IMG/VR virus record: IMGVR_UViG_3300048672_001051
Coordinates: 1 to 64,000 of that record
Strand: one strand, 5' to 3'
Length of the DNA: 64,000 bases
Part shown: positions 16,723-26,213 of the stretch, piece after piece
Position numbering within the stretch: the first letter of the stretch is position 1
How the letters are laid out: the number at the start of each line of letters is the position of its first letter
The notes under the pieces: generated by a model
What the model saw: the letters and a program-made list of their open reading frames with translations, nothing else
Told to the model about the DNA's origin: nothing
Databases searched by the model: none
Translations under genes and position numbers: made by a program

Positions 16723-18501
16723 ATGTATATTAATTCTAGAATTCAACTTAACGCTAGAATTCGAACCGACCCCTCCGTTACCTATGTCCCAATAGAAGAT
16801 TCTTCTCAGATTAGTGCAGTGCGCTTAGAAATAAAAGCGACACATGCTGGAAAAGTTAACGGTAATTATATTTTTTACACACCACGATCTATGCAGGTCG
16901 GTGTAAAAACTCTTGTCAACCCTTTTAGAAAACATTTGCAAAAGCTTCACAACGGTGAAGCTATAGGTGTCGTTACTGGCGCAAATTATGAAGAGTACAA
17001 AGATTTACCAGACGATTTTAAATTAATTGTCAATAAACTTAATCAAGCTTCTACTAAAGAAGAACTGTTAACGTCTGTTAAGGAGTTAACAAAGCATCCA
17101 ACTTTTAAATCGAAAGATTATAAAGGTGTAGGCTATCTTAAAGTAGAAGCGGAATTGTACGACAGTAAGACTATAAGTAATCTTAGAAAAGGTGATAAAG
17201 GTACTGTATCTATTGGCGGTAAGTCTAGCAGTGCATACTGTTCGGTTTGCGGAACAAGTGAGCGGCCTTGTGATTCACACACACCAGGTGAGACTTACAG
17301 AGACGAATTATGTTTTCACATATATGACAATATGTTGTTAGACCATATAGGGTTTGTTCCGAATCCTGCTGACAATGACACATACAGCGCTATCATTGAA
17401 GATAGTTTTAACGATAATGATATTCTGATAAAAGAATATATAATAAAAGATTCACAAGGTATACCTATGAATAAACTAACACTAGATATGTTAAAAGAAA
17501 AAGCTGCGGATATTCCAAGTTTAATTTCAACGTATTTTACAGATCCAGCGCAGCAAGAGATTGCTCAGCAAATTTACGACAGTTCTCTTAAAAATTCTCG
17601 AGCTTCGTCTTACGTCTTTGGCGCTGAAAAAATTCTAAATACTAAAAGTATTGTAGGCGCTTATTTAGCAAGTAAACTTGCAGAAGAATTGGAAGATGAC
17701 ACTGACAAACAAGTTATTGCAAGTCAAGTTAAAACTACACTAGACAAACTGTTAACAGAGGGTGAAACTTTAGATGATTGCCTAACTAGATTGCTAGTAC
17801 TACCTACCGAAGAACCAGCTGTAGTTGAGCCTGAAACGATTGATGCACCTATCGAGCCAGAAGTTGTGGTAGCCCCTGAAGTTGTAGCAACAGTCGAACA
17901 AGAAGCTGCGCCAATTCAAGATGATTCTAGTAAGATAACAATTGATGCTTGGGAGTTGATTAGTGCTAAAATTACTGATACTATAGTCTCACGTATTGAA
18001 GACTTGCTTAATGTTAAAAATGAAGTTAAGATAGAAGACCAAAAAGGTTTACTATTCCAACAACTTGATAACTTACGTAGTGAAGTTCAAAGTTCTGACG
18101 AACTAGTTCGTCAGTTGACAAGTGATTATGCTTCATCTATAATCCAGCAAATTCTTATTTTAAAGAATAAGCTAAATGACACTGAGTACAAAAACCGCTT
18201 ATCAAAAAGAGCTATAGATGTGCTTAAAGCAAATTTAGAAGACGCTTTAGAAGAAACTAATATTGAACCAAGTCAGTCTACGACTGGACAACAAACATTA
18301 ATAACAGCTACAATTGAAGATTCTTTAAACAATCAAGCATCTCCTCAAACTGTAGAACCTCCGGCTTCAATTACAAATACTTTTGATATTAAAGACGAAT
18401 TGCAAGTACGTGACTGGTTTACTGCCAAGACCAAAGAAAAAGGTTTAAGCGCTGCAGTGGCTGAATTCAACAAATTAAAAAACACTAAAACTAAAGGATA
18501 A
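16723..18501 (+). CDS. Prohead protease fused to a scaffold domain
   Basis: ATHAG, VSIGG..CSVCG..C.H, IGFVPNPAD (HK97/herpes-type maturation protease pattern); acidic, coiled-coil C-terminal half. Confidence 0.8.
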   Translation: MYINSRIQLNARIRTDPSVTYVPIEDSSQISAVRLEIKATHAGKVNGNYIFYTPRSMQVGVKTLVNPFRKHLQKLHNGEAIGVVTGANYEEYKDLPDDFKLIVNKLNQASTKEELLTSVKELTKHPTFKSKDYKGVGYLKVEAELYDSKTISNLRKGDKGTVSIGGKSSSAYCSVCGTSERPCDSHTPGETYRDELCFHIYDNMLLDHIGFVPNPADNDTYSAIIEDSFNDNDILIKEYIIKDSQGIPMNKLTLDMLKEKAADIPSLISTYFTDPAQQEIAQQIYDSSLKNSRASSYVFGAEKILNTKSIVGAYLASKLAEELEDDTDKQVIASQVKTTLDKLLTEGETLDDCLTRLLVLPTEEPAVVEPETIDAPIEPEVVVAPEVVATVEQEAAPIQDDSSKITIDAWELISAKITDTIVSRIEDLLNVKNEVKIEDQKGLLFQQLDNLRSEVQSSDELVRQLTSDYASSIIQQILILKNKLNDTEYKNRLSKRAIDVLKANLEDALEETNIEPSQSTTGQQTLITATIEDSLNNQASPQTVEPPASITNTFDIKDELQVRDWFTAKTKEKGLSAAVAEFNKLKNTKTKG

Positions 18502-18506
18502 TATAT

Positions 18507-19433
18507 ATGATACCATATAACCTAGCTCATAACCCAGGTATGCGCGAGAACTTTTACATCACCCCTGACAATAAGCTTGGAAAAGGTGATGACAGCCTAG
18601 GCCGGTTTCTAGTAGCATCATACTTGCCACTACAACGTTTCGATGATACTAAATCAGAATATGTTGTTATTTCATCTAACAAACCTGTAGCTTTTGCTAA
18701 CGGAGTTCTTGTACCAGCTGGTTACCGTCTAGAAGCTGCTGCTTATGCAAACGCCCTAGTAACTTCAGTTGCTGCTGCTGATGCTCAAGCAACTATCCGT
18801 TACACCGCTCTTGATGTTCAAGCCGGTATTCTAAACGCTAAAGGTGTTGCTGTTACTGCAAATGAACCAGTTGTTAAATCATTCTTCACTGGCACAACCC
18901 AAGATATTTTTGTATCGTACTTTGTCGGTATCATCAACTATAACGGCTTCCGTCGTGCTGGTGGTGATGGCACTAACCCTGCTCACTACCGCCAATATAA
19001 CTTCAGCGCCCAAGGCAGTGTCTCTTACAGTATGGACTATCACTACGAGTTCCCGTTGGTAAAAGATGATGCTACTCATGCAACTGCACCGTTAGTTGGC
19101 GTAGCTGCATTTATTGGTACTAACGTTAAAGCAGGTATGTTTGTAACTTATGACAAGCACTCAAACTTTATTGTTACCGATGTTGACTATAGTTATGGCA
19201 CTGTTGCTAAAGAGGCTGTTGTTGGCCAAATTAGTAAAGTATTTGTAGTTAAAGATATTAATACTGGTTCTGTAACTGCACCAATCAACCAACTTGACCG
19301 TGTAATAACTCCTGCTAACTTGTCTGGTAAAGTTCTTGACGAACTGCCTGGCGCTGGCAATGACGGCATCACACAAAAAGTTAGCTATGCAAACGCGTAC
19401 GGCTTGGTTCAGTTCGGAAACCAGACTCGCTAA
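18507..19433 (+). CDS. Head structural / decoration protein
   Basis: Between protease and capsid genes; codon usage like the capsid gene (gct/ggt/cgt/aac rich), suggesting high expression. Confidence 0.6.
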   Translation: MIPYNLAHNPGMRENFYITPDNKLGKGDDSLGRFLVASYLPLQRFDDTKSEYVVISSNKPVAFANGVLVPAGYRLEAAAYANALVTSVAAADAQATIRYTALDVQAGILNAKGVAVTANEPVVKSFFTGTTQDIFVSYFVGIINYNGFRRAGGDGTNPAHYRQYNFSAQGSVSYSMDYHYEFPLVKDDATHATAPLVGVAAFIGTNVKAGMFVTYDKHSNFIVTDVDYSYGTVAKEAVVGQISKVFVVKDINTGSVTAPINQLDRVITPANLSGKVLDELPGAGNDGITQKVSYANAYGLVQFGNQTR

Positions 19434-19440
19434 TTTACAG

Positions 19441-19469
19441 AGAGAGTCTATTTAAACAATAGACTTTCT
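19441..19469 (+). promoter_or_regulatory. Intergenic stem-loop upstream of the major capsid RBS
   Basis: agagagtctatt-taaac-aatagactttct: 12-bp stem with one G-U pair, no U-tract. Confidence 0.55.
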
Positions 19470-19494
19470 ACTATACTCTAAGGACTATTTAAAT

Positions 19495-20727
19495 ATGTTT
19501 AAACACAAAAATCTTACCGAAACAGAAAAAGAACTGTTGCCGCAAATTAAAAATATTACGCATGCTATGCGAAACGCTGGATATGACTCAGAAGGTAATT
19601 ATATTACCATTTCTGACGCTTTGAACGTACCTAATGCTGGTACTATTTTTAAGCGTGCTGTAACTGAAGTTATTCAAACAAGCATTCAGCCTAAACTAAT
19701 TGGGACTTCATTGCTGCGAGTTATCCGTAACTACACTAATGACAGCCAAATTATCATCCGTACTCTTGGTTCTATCGGTTCGATGGATTTTGAGATTCCA
19801 GAGGAAGGTGAATACCCAGAAGTTACTGCTGGCCGTGGACAACACTCAACAATTCGTTCTGACTTCCGTAAATACGGTGTCAAAATTAAAGTTAGTGAAG
19901 AAAGCATTAAGCAGTCTCAGTGGGACATCGTACAGATGTATATCATGGAAGCAATGAATGCGCTAGCACGTCATAAAGATAAGTTGATCTTCAACTTGAT
20001 CGAAGCTCAAGGTAAAGTTATTTTTGATAACTTGAATCCTGCTAGTGCTGAAATTGGCCGTACAGGCGGTCGCAACATCACTGGTGCTGGCAACGGCTCT
20101 ATGACTTTTGAAGATTTGATCGACATGTATTCATACATGGTTCTTCGCGGTTACCGTCCAAATGTGCTTTTAGTACACCCAATGCATTGGGCAATGTTTG
20201 CTAAAGATCCAATCATACGTGAATCTGGTGTAATGCAAGCTGATGTAAGTCAGTGGTTGAATAGCCAAGTTAACCCGTACAATGCATATGATCGTATCTC
20301 TGCTTGGAATGATGTGCAAACAGCGGCTGACGGCTCTCGTCGTGAACTAACCGCTGAAGAGCAGAATCTGTTGACTACTAGTCGAGGACCTGATCTATCT
20401 GGCGCTCGTGGTACACCTCTAGCTGGCTTGACTATCATGACCAGTGAAAACGTACCTTACGACTCAGTTACCAAAACTGCATCTGTATTGATGTTGGACA
20501 CTGAAAATACTGGCGTACTTGCTGTAGCTGAAGACCTAATGATTGACGAGTGGGATGAAAAAACCAACGATATCAAAGTTATCAAACTACGTGAAAAATA
20601 CGCACTTGCAACACTAGCTGGTGGTGAAGCCATCGCTATCGCTCGTAACGTATCTCTGGAACCTAACGAAATGTTCGTTAACCCACAAGTACATGTTGAC
20701 AACGTTCAACCTATTGTTCGTAAGTAA
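19495..20727 (+). CDS. Major capsid protein (HK97 fold)
   Basis: EIPEEGEYPE, KYGVKIKVSEESIKQSQWD, ALARHKD, PNVLLVHPMHW, KLREKYA; strongly biased codons; followed by a terminator. Confidence 0.9.
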   Translation: MFKHKNLTETEKELLPQIKNITHAMRNAGYDSEGNYITISDALNVPNAGTIFKRAVTEVIQTSIQPKLIGTSLLRVIRNYTNDSQIIIRTLGSIGSMDFEIPEEGEYPEVTAGRGQHSTIRSDFRKYGVKIKVSEESIKQSQWDIVQMYIMEAMNALARHKDKLIFNLIEAQGKVIFDNLNPASAEIGRTGGRNITGAGNGSMTFEDLIDMYSYMVLRGYRPNVLLVHPMHWAMFAKDPIIRESGVMQADVSQWLNSQVNPYNAYDRISAWNDVQTAADGSRRELTAEEQNLLTTSRGPDLSGARGTPLAGLTIMTSENVPYDSVTKTASVLMLDTENTGVLAVAEDLMIDEWDEKTNDIKVIKLREKYALATLAGGEAIAIARNVSLEPNEMFVNPQVHVDNVQPIVRK

Positions 20728-20734
20728 CAGCTTT

Positions 20735-20764
20735 GGAGGGTAGCGGAAGCTACCCTCCTTTTTT
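20735..20764 (+). terminator. Rho-independent terminator
   Basis: ggagggtagc-ggaa-gctaccctcc followed by tttttt. Confidence 0.92.
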
Positions 20765-20788
20765 ATTTATAAAAAGGAAATATAATAT

Positions 20789-21157
20789 ATGAAAACTACA
20801 CTAACATTACAATCAGGCTCATTCTATTTCACAGGTTACGTATCATTGGTACGTGGTCGTGCAGTAACTGTAGACCTAGGTGATTTACCTATCGCAGAGT
20901 TGCAAGCCCTTAAGCGTAGTATTAAGTCTGGAGTTATAAAGAGTTCAGAAGATATTGGTGACTACTCTAAAGTAGAAGCCACAGTAGCTGAAGAAACTTT
21001 AGAAGTTTCAGAACCAGAACCAGTTATTGCTGTAGAGCCTGTAGTAGTTGAAGCAACTACTCCAGAGCCAGTAGATGACACTCCAAAGCGTAAAACAACT
21101 CGCAAACCAATAGCCAGCAAGTCTGACTCCGCCGATCCAGAAACTTCTGACGAATAA
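20789..21157 (+). CDS. Small head-associated protein with a Glu/Pro-rich tail
   Basis: SD aagga; compact about 55-aa N-domain, then a low-complexity EPV-rich tail and basic KRKTTRKP. Confidence 0.65.
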   Translation: MKTTLTLQSGSFYFTGYVSLVRGRAVTVDLGDLPIAELQALKRSIKSGVIKSSEDIGDYSKVEATVAEETLEVSEPEPVIAVEPVVVEATTPEPVDDTPKRKTTRKPIASKSDSADPETSDE

Positions 21158-21161
21158 CGCT

Positions 21162-21195
21162 AAAGGCAGAGAATAATTCTCTGCCTTTTATTTTT
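21162..21195 (+). terminator. Rho-independent terminator
   Basis: aaaggcagagaa-taa-ttctctgccttt followed by tattttt. Confidence 0.8.
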
Positions 21196-21205
21196 GGAGT
21201 AACAG

Positions 21206-21370
21206 ATGCAACCTAAATTAATAACTGACATACCGTTAACAGAAGAAGACTTACTAGTAAACGCAGCAGTAAATATGTGTATTAATGTCGGAGGTATGCT
21301 ACTGCAGGTATACACAGCAACCGACAGGCCAATAGTCGATGAGTTAATACCTATAAACTTACCAGAATAA
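21206..21370 (+). CDS. Small hypothetical protein (54 aa), absent from the ORF track
   Basis: ggag SD then ATG; MQPKLITDIPLTEEDLLVNAAVNMCINVGGMLLQVYTATDRPIVDELIPINLPE; fills the gap before 21386. Confidence 0.6.
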   Translation: MQPKLITDIPLTEEDLLVNAAVNMCINVGGMLLQVYTATDRPIVDELIPINLPE

Positions 21371-21385
21371 AAAGAGATTAAAAAT

Positions 21386-22405
21386 ATGATTTTAAATATT
21401 GTAAACACGCAAGCCGAATTAGACGCTTTTCCTGTAACACAAGAGTTAGTGTTGAAGTCTGATCTTAAACCAGAAGATGCATTTTTAAAAAAATGTATTG
21501 TGCTGTATAGAGATAATAAAGAATTTGGATTATTCAATTTAGGTACAAAATATAATAATTCAATTGGGTACATTAAAGAAAATTTCTCGACAGTAGATTT
21601 AAATTTCAACTTAACGCAAGAGCTAGATGGCTCTTGGACTATCCATTGTAAACCAAGCGAGCCGCTACATCCGTCAAGTTATTATACACTATATATTTCA
21701 AAAAATTTATCTACAGAATTTATTGTTTTAGAAAAGACAGTTAGTAAAGGTCCGTCTAAACTTGATTTAACTTTAAATAAATACTCAAATACTTACGACA
21801 CTACTTATACTGTAAAAGTATTAACAACTCCGTTAATAAAAGATGGTAAAGCTATTGTAAAATTTGGACTTTATGACGTTGATTTAAATCTAATTAAAAC
21901 ATTTATTATAGACACAAAAAGTTCTATAAATACGTTTGAGTATGACGGACTTACATTTGAGACTTCAGAAATACCTTACGCGAAAGATGAGGAATTTACT
22001 CTGGTAACAGAGACTCAGAATAGATTAGCTGATAATTTAAAAGTGTCTATAAGAACTAATTTATATGATACAATCACAACTACTGAAAGCTCTAACCCAT
22101 CAACTAAAATAACCAATCAAGATATACTAGACTATTACAGTAGTGTACAAAATGTACCTAACACTGTTAGTAGCGTAGAACCTTTTTCCTACACATTACA
22201 ATATGTAGATTTTGATAAATTTGTAGTAACTTTTAATAATTTAGATGTCAGCACATTAGACTTATCCGACATAACATTCACTGTAGGTCCAGCGTTTAAT
22301 AATTATTTGTTAAAAACATACGACCTGTATGACGATACGCTAAATTATAACATAATTGCTGAAGTTGTTGATGACGATAAACTATTGATTACGGTGACAT
22401 TATGA
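21386..22405 (+). CDS. Virion structural protein with an Ig-like N-terminal domain
   Basis: FPVTQELVLKS...IHCKPSEPLHPSSYYTLYISKNL resembles a Big_5-type Ig-like pattern. Confidence 0.55.
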   Translation: MILNIVNTQAELDAFPVTQELVLKSDLKPEDAFLKKCIVLYRDNKEFGLFNLGTKYNNSIGYIKENFSTVDLNFNLTQELDGSWTIHCKPSEPLHPSSYYTLYISKNLSTEFIVLEKTVSKGPSKLDLTLNKYSNTYDTTYTVKVLTTPLIKDGKAIVKFGLYDVDLNLIKTFIIDTKSSINTFEYDGLTFETSEIPYAKDEEFTLVTETQNRLADNLKVSIRTNLYDTITTTESSNPSTKITNQDILDYYSSVQNVPNTVSSVEPFSYTLQYVDFDKFVVTFNNLDVSTLDLSDITFTVGPAFNNYLLKTYDLYDDTLNYNIIAEVVDDDKLLITVTL

Positions 22406-23505
22406 GTTTAAATTATGCAGGCTACTGGACAATTAATAATACTTCAACAGTAAAATCTGTAGATTATCTAACGTATGGTTATACAGACATAAGGTTTGGT
22501 AACGGCACTTTTTATATAGATAACTTAGAAATAACTGATAATATTGCCTACGTAACAAAACCATACGTCGACCCCACTCACAACTATGAGTCATTTGTAA
22601 ATATCTACTACGGATTAGACTTTGCGTTAGTATCCGCGGCAGATCTTGGCGCAGGGCCTGCGCCAATTCCAGGTGGAGACATACCACCACCAATTCCGGG
22701 AGAACCTACTAACTATTCGACATTGACTGAATACGCTGTTTTTGCAAACTCTACATATTTCGACTACTTTGGAACTGGTTATCCATTAACCACGCCAGAC
22801 CCTATAAATTTTATTGACAAATATATAGGCATAATGCATTACAATAGAGTTTCAAAGTATGTTAACACCGACTTGACAGCAAATGTTCTAGTATCTAGAG
22901 AACTTCCAGATTTGCCTGAAGACTGTTTTGAATGGCATCAACTTCAATCAAATTATACTGTACCGTTTAGTTTAAACTCTAAAGGCCCTTATGTTATCGC
23001 ATACAAATACGTAATAAACTACGCGCTATTGGTCGCTTGGTTTCAATCGAATGTAGTACCTGTAGCTGGGCTATTTGAAGACCTGTCTACAGCACCAGAT
23101 ACTTTGAGGGTAATCTATCACCTTCCATATATCTATAAGTTAAACACCAGAAAACAATTAACTATATTATATCCTAGCACCACAACAAACTTAAAAGTAT
23201 TGGATAAAGTAATATTTGATACTGGAATTAACTTTACAAAAACAATAAAAAAATATACCATAGAGTTTATTGAACTTCAGACTGACAACTTGTTATTAAC
23301 ATATAATACAATAGATGATTATAAGTTATTCGGACTGCCTTATTTACCTGAAGTTGAATATCTGACTGAACAATACAGCGGCCAATATGATAGTCTGAGC
23401 AGTAAAAAACTTATACGACTAGATATACCGCCCGCTGACCAAGGAGTCCTATTTAACAATAGGAACTACTACATATTAATAAAAGCTACAGATCTAATAG
23501 GCTAA
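22402..23505 (+). CDS. Hypothetical structural protein
   Basis: 367-aa ORF with ATGA overlap; Pro/Gly linker GAGPAPIPGGDIPPPIPG. Confidence 0.55.
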   Translation: MSLNYAGYWTINNTSTVKSVDYLTYGYTDIRFGNGTFYIDNLEITDNIAYVTKPYVDPTHNYESFVNIYYGLDFALVSAADLGAGPAPIPGGDIPPPIPGEPTNYSTLTEYAVFANSTYFDYFGTGYPLTTPDPINFIDKYIGIMHYNRVSKYVNTDLTANVLVSRELPDLPEDCFEWHQLQSNYTVPFSLNSKGPYVIAYKYVINYALLVAWFQSNVVPVAGLFEDLSTAPDTLRVIYHLPYIYKLNTRKQLTILYPSTTTNLKVLDKVIFDTGINFTKTIKKYTIEFIELQTDNLLLTYNTIDDYKLFGLPYLPEVEYLTEQYSGQYDSLSSKKLIRLDIPPADQGVLFNNRNYYILIKATDLIG

Positions 23506-23508
23506 AAA

Positions 23509-24012
23509 ATGATAAACTTACGGCTATCCAGCAACACTGTCAACGATGTTAAATACATCGGAGGACCTTTTATAACAACAGCCTCTGGCATTCTAGACCA
23601 AACTCAAGTTACAACTAATTACGTATTCGATCAGATTTTAAAATCTGAAAATCTAGCAGAGGCTGTAGATTACCGGTGCGTATATCTGGTTAACGACTAC
23701 GTAGCAAACAAGACAATATATAATCCTAAGATAAAAATAATTTCACAAGCTGCTGTGGCAGACTTCAGTATCGGCGTACTTACAAAAAATACGACTGCAG
23801 AAGCACTTACGGATGAAAATACCTTGCCAGCCTCAGTAACCTTTTACACTAAGGCTCAGATTGACAACGACTTTGAAGGTTATTTACCACTAGCAGATAC
23901 GCTGCTAGCTACTGAATATGTTGGTATATGGTTCCAACGGGCTGCAGTTAATGTTGGCGGGTCTGGTACAGTTATAGGTGATATTGTTTTTGAAATTAGC
24001 TACGACGCTTAA
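23509..24012 (+). CDS. Hypothetical virion protein
   Basis: DYRCVYLVN and GIWFQR motifs; in operon. Confidence 0.55.
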   Translation: MINLRLSSNTVNDVKYIGGPFITTASGILDQTQVTTNYVFDQILKSENLAEAVDYRCVYLVNDYVANKTIYNPKIKIISQAAVADFSIGVLTKNTTAEALTDENTLPASVTFYTKAQIDNDFEGYLPLADTLLATEYVGIWFQRAAVNVGGSGTVIGDIVFEISYDA

Positions 24013-24026
24013 ACGGAGCATGTTAT

Positions 24027-25214
24027 ATGGCTTTAGAATTTTATGTACCGTATGGATATGAATCTGAAATTGAAACTTTTAAAGCCAATGCTCAAAATTA
24101 CAGCATCGACTTTAAAATAAAAACTGCGCCAACTACAGCTGTCCTAGCACAAAATAGTTCTTACATTTTGTGGGACGTCCCGTTAGCTGCACTAGAATCA
24201 TCAGATAACTCAAGTATTGTAGTTGGCGGTCAATCTGTCTTTAGAAAACAGATACCGTTTATCAATAGCACAACACCCGCTACGCATGTCGGAAGAAACT
24301 CCAGTTATTATCAAAGACTATTTTCCGACTTAGTTTTGAGGACTACTACAGCTTCGACTTATCAAATTGCATGGAGATCTGGAATATACTTTAACGTATC
24401 ATTCGAGTCCTGTAATGTTGACAGTGGTGGTATTGCGACAATAACGTTTACTATAAACAGTTATTCCGATTTACTTAAAGCTCAAGTTAGTCAGTGGATA
24501 TCTGATAACACTACTACACCAACCTTAGATGACTTTTATAATTCACCTTGCTTATTTCTCTTCCCTGAGACAGTGAGCAGCAGCGCTACTAACGGTCTGT
24601 TAAATAATGGAAGCGCGACTTTAAATAAAACAAGGCCATATAATAATAGCTACACTACAACTTATGTTAAATTTGACGGTGCATACATACCAGTTACAGC
24701 GGTTGGTTATACTTCAACAGAGTTAACATTTATATTTGATACAGGCAATCCAAGTTTGAGTGGTAACCAGGATATTAAACTAGACGAGGCTATAAGGACT
24801 ATTACAGCGCTGACTCCAAAACCAACTGCGAGTGGACTTATAGGTTATGATTTAAATATGCTAACCTACTACGGTAAAGGTGCGATAGACATACAAAACA
24901 ATATTATACAAACTCTGTATAATATTCCTAAGTTAGTAAAGAAATCAGATACAACTTTTAATCCTTATACAACAAATATAAAGAATCTTGATAACTATAC
25001 GAATACAACAGCTTACGCGTTAACAGATTGCACTATGTACAATTACATAGAAGCTACTTTGGCAGTTGATGATTTCATGATATTTAATATAAGTATCGGC
25101 CGGCCGAAAACATTTTCAGGCAGCTCACAAGTTTTTTATAGTACACAACTATTATCTAACCCTGGCGCTGTTATCCAAGAGTCGGGCGTAGAACTTCGAT
25201 GGGCGGAGATTTAA
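24027..25214 (+). CDS. Hypothetical structural protein
   Basis: SD ggag; Thr/Ser/Asn-rich beta protein. Confidence 0.55.
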   Translation: MALEFYVPYGYESEIETFKANAQNYSIDFKIKTAPTTAVLAQNSSYILWDVPLAALESSDNSSIVVGGQSVFRKQIPFINSTTPATHVGRNSSYYQRLFSDLVLRTTTASTYQIAWRSGIYFNVSFESCNVDSGGIATITFTINSYSDLLKAQVSQWISDNTTTPTLDDFYNSPCLFLFPETVSSSATNGLLNNGSATLNKTRPYNNSYTTTYVKFDGAYIPVTAVGYTSTELTFIFDTGNPSLSGNQDIKLDEAIRTITALTPKPTASGLIGYDLNMLTYYGKGAIDIQNNIIQTLYNIPKLVKKSDTTFNPYTTNIKNLDNYTNTTAYALTDCTMYNYIEATLAVDDFMIFNISIGRPKTFSGSSQVFYSTQLLSNPGAVIQESGVELRWAEI

Positions 25215-25217
25215 TAG

Positions 25218-26213
25218 ATGACAGTAACTACAATTGTAGCAGCACAAAACAACTGGCTGACAGCCTATCCTAACGCTATAATTAGCGTAGGTGTGGGGAA
25301 AGAATCTTACCTTAGTAGTACAGTCCGCTATAGCTACAAATATGATAGCTATGAAACTGGTACTAATAAATTAAAGTATAAATTTAAGTATAATTCGCAG
25401 TACAGTCCAAACACTATTGTCTACAAATACAGATACTTAGCAAACATAGTCCCTGTTAATACAAAGCTAACTTACAGGTTTAACTATCGTAGTGATAGAT
25501 TAGTACCAGTTAAGTCTGAATACTTATTAACTTATGATGTAAATTTACCAGAAGAGTCAACTCATAAATTATTTTATAAGTGCAATTTTAAGACAGAAGG
25601 TACTAGTAAATTTAAAGTATCTACTAAATTTAAATATTTAGTAGAACCTGTATCGAAGAATACTCTAAGTTATAAATTTGCCTATAGTACTAATAAACCG
25701 TTTAATGCTAGGATTCTTCCATTTATAACAACTGACGATAACGGCCTTACTTATAATCTTAATTTAGAGATATATTCTACGAATAGTGTAGATTGGCGTC
25801 TGTATGTAACAAATCCTACGCGCTACACGCTTGTCGACACAGACTCAGATAACATACCTAACTATGTAGGAACTATTAACAGAGAAGTTGAGCAAATGTA
25901 TAATACTTATAGTGTACCTGAAGGTCTTAACTATCAAGCAACTAGAGAACTTTCAAATATAGCGTTAGACCAACCTATAGGTATTACTTTGATAGTTGAC
26001 GGTGACATAGCTCAGTACATGACATTTAATGTTGGAAGTATTAGTCATTTAAGTGGAGATGTTGTTGTGAACGATGGCGTAGTAATTTACTCATTGCAGG
26101 CGTTAGAGCGGACCGTTTATGAGAGTATTACAAGGCTAGATCTGCAATTTATTAATGACAATCAATGTTGCTTCAGCACAAAATATATAGGAGTGGTGTG
26201 TTCACCTTACTAA
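25218..26213 (+). CDS. Hypothetical protein with N-terminal Tyr/Lys repeats
   Basis: Repeated L-x-Y-K-F-x-Y-like units; C-terminal Cys cluster. Confidence 0.55.
   Translation: MTVTTIVAAQNNWLTAYPNAIISVGVGKESYLSSTVRYSYKYDSYETGTNKLKYKFKYNSQYSPNTIVYKYRYLANIVPVNTKLTYRFNYRSDRLVPVKSEYLLTYDVNLPEESTHKLFYKCNFKTEGTSKFKVSTKFKYLVEPVSKNTLSYKFAYSTNKPFNARILPFITTDDNGLTYNLNLEIYSTNSVDWRLYVTNPTRYTLVDTDSDNIPNYVGTINREVEQMYNTYSVPEGLNYQATRELSNIALDQPIGITLIVDGDIAQYMTFNVGSISHLSGDVVVNDGVVIYSLQALERTVYESITRLDLQFINDNQCCFSTKYIGVVCSPY

Noticed and set aside
21160-21609. 149-aa minus-strand ORF
   Set aside because: Overlaps a terminator and two better-supported + strand genes.
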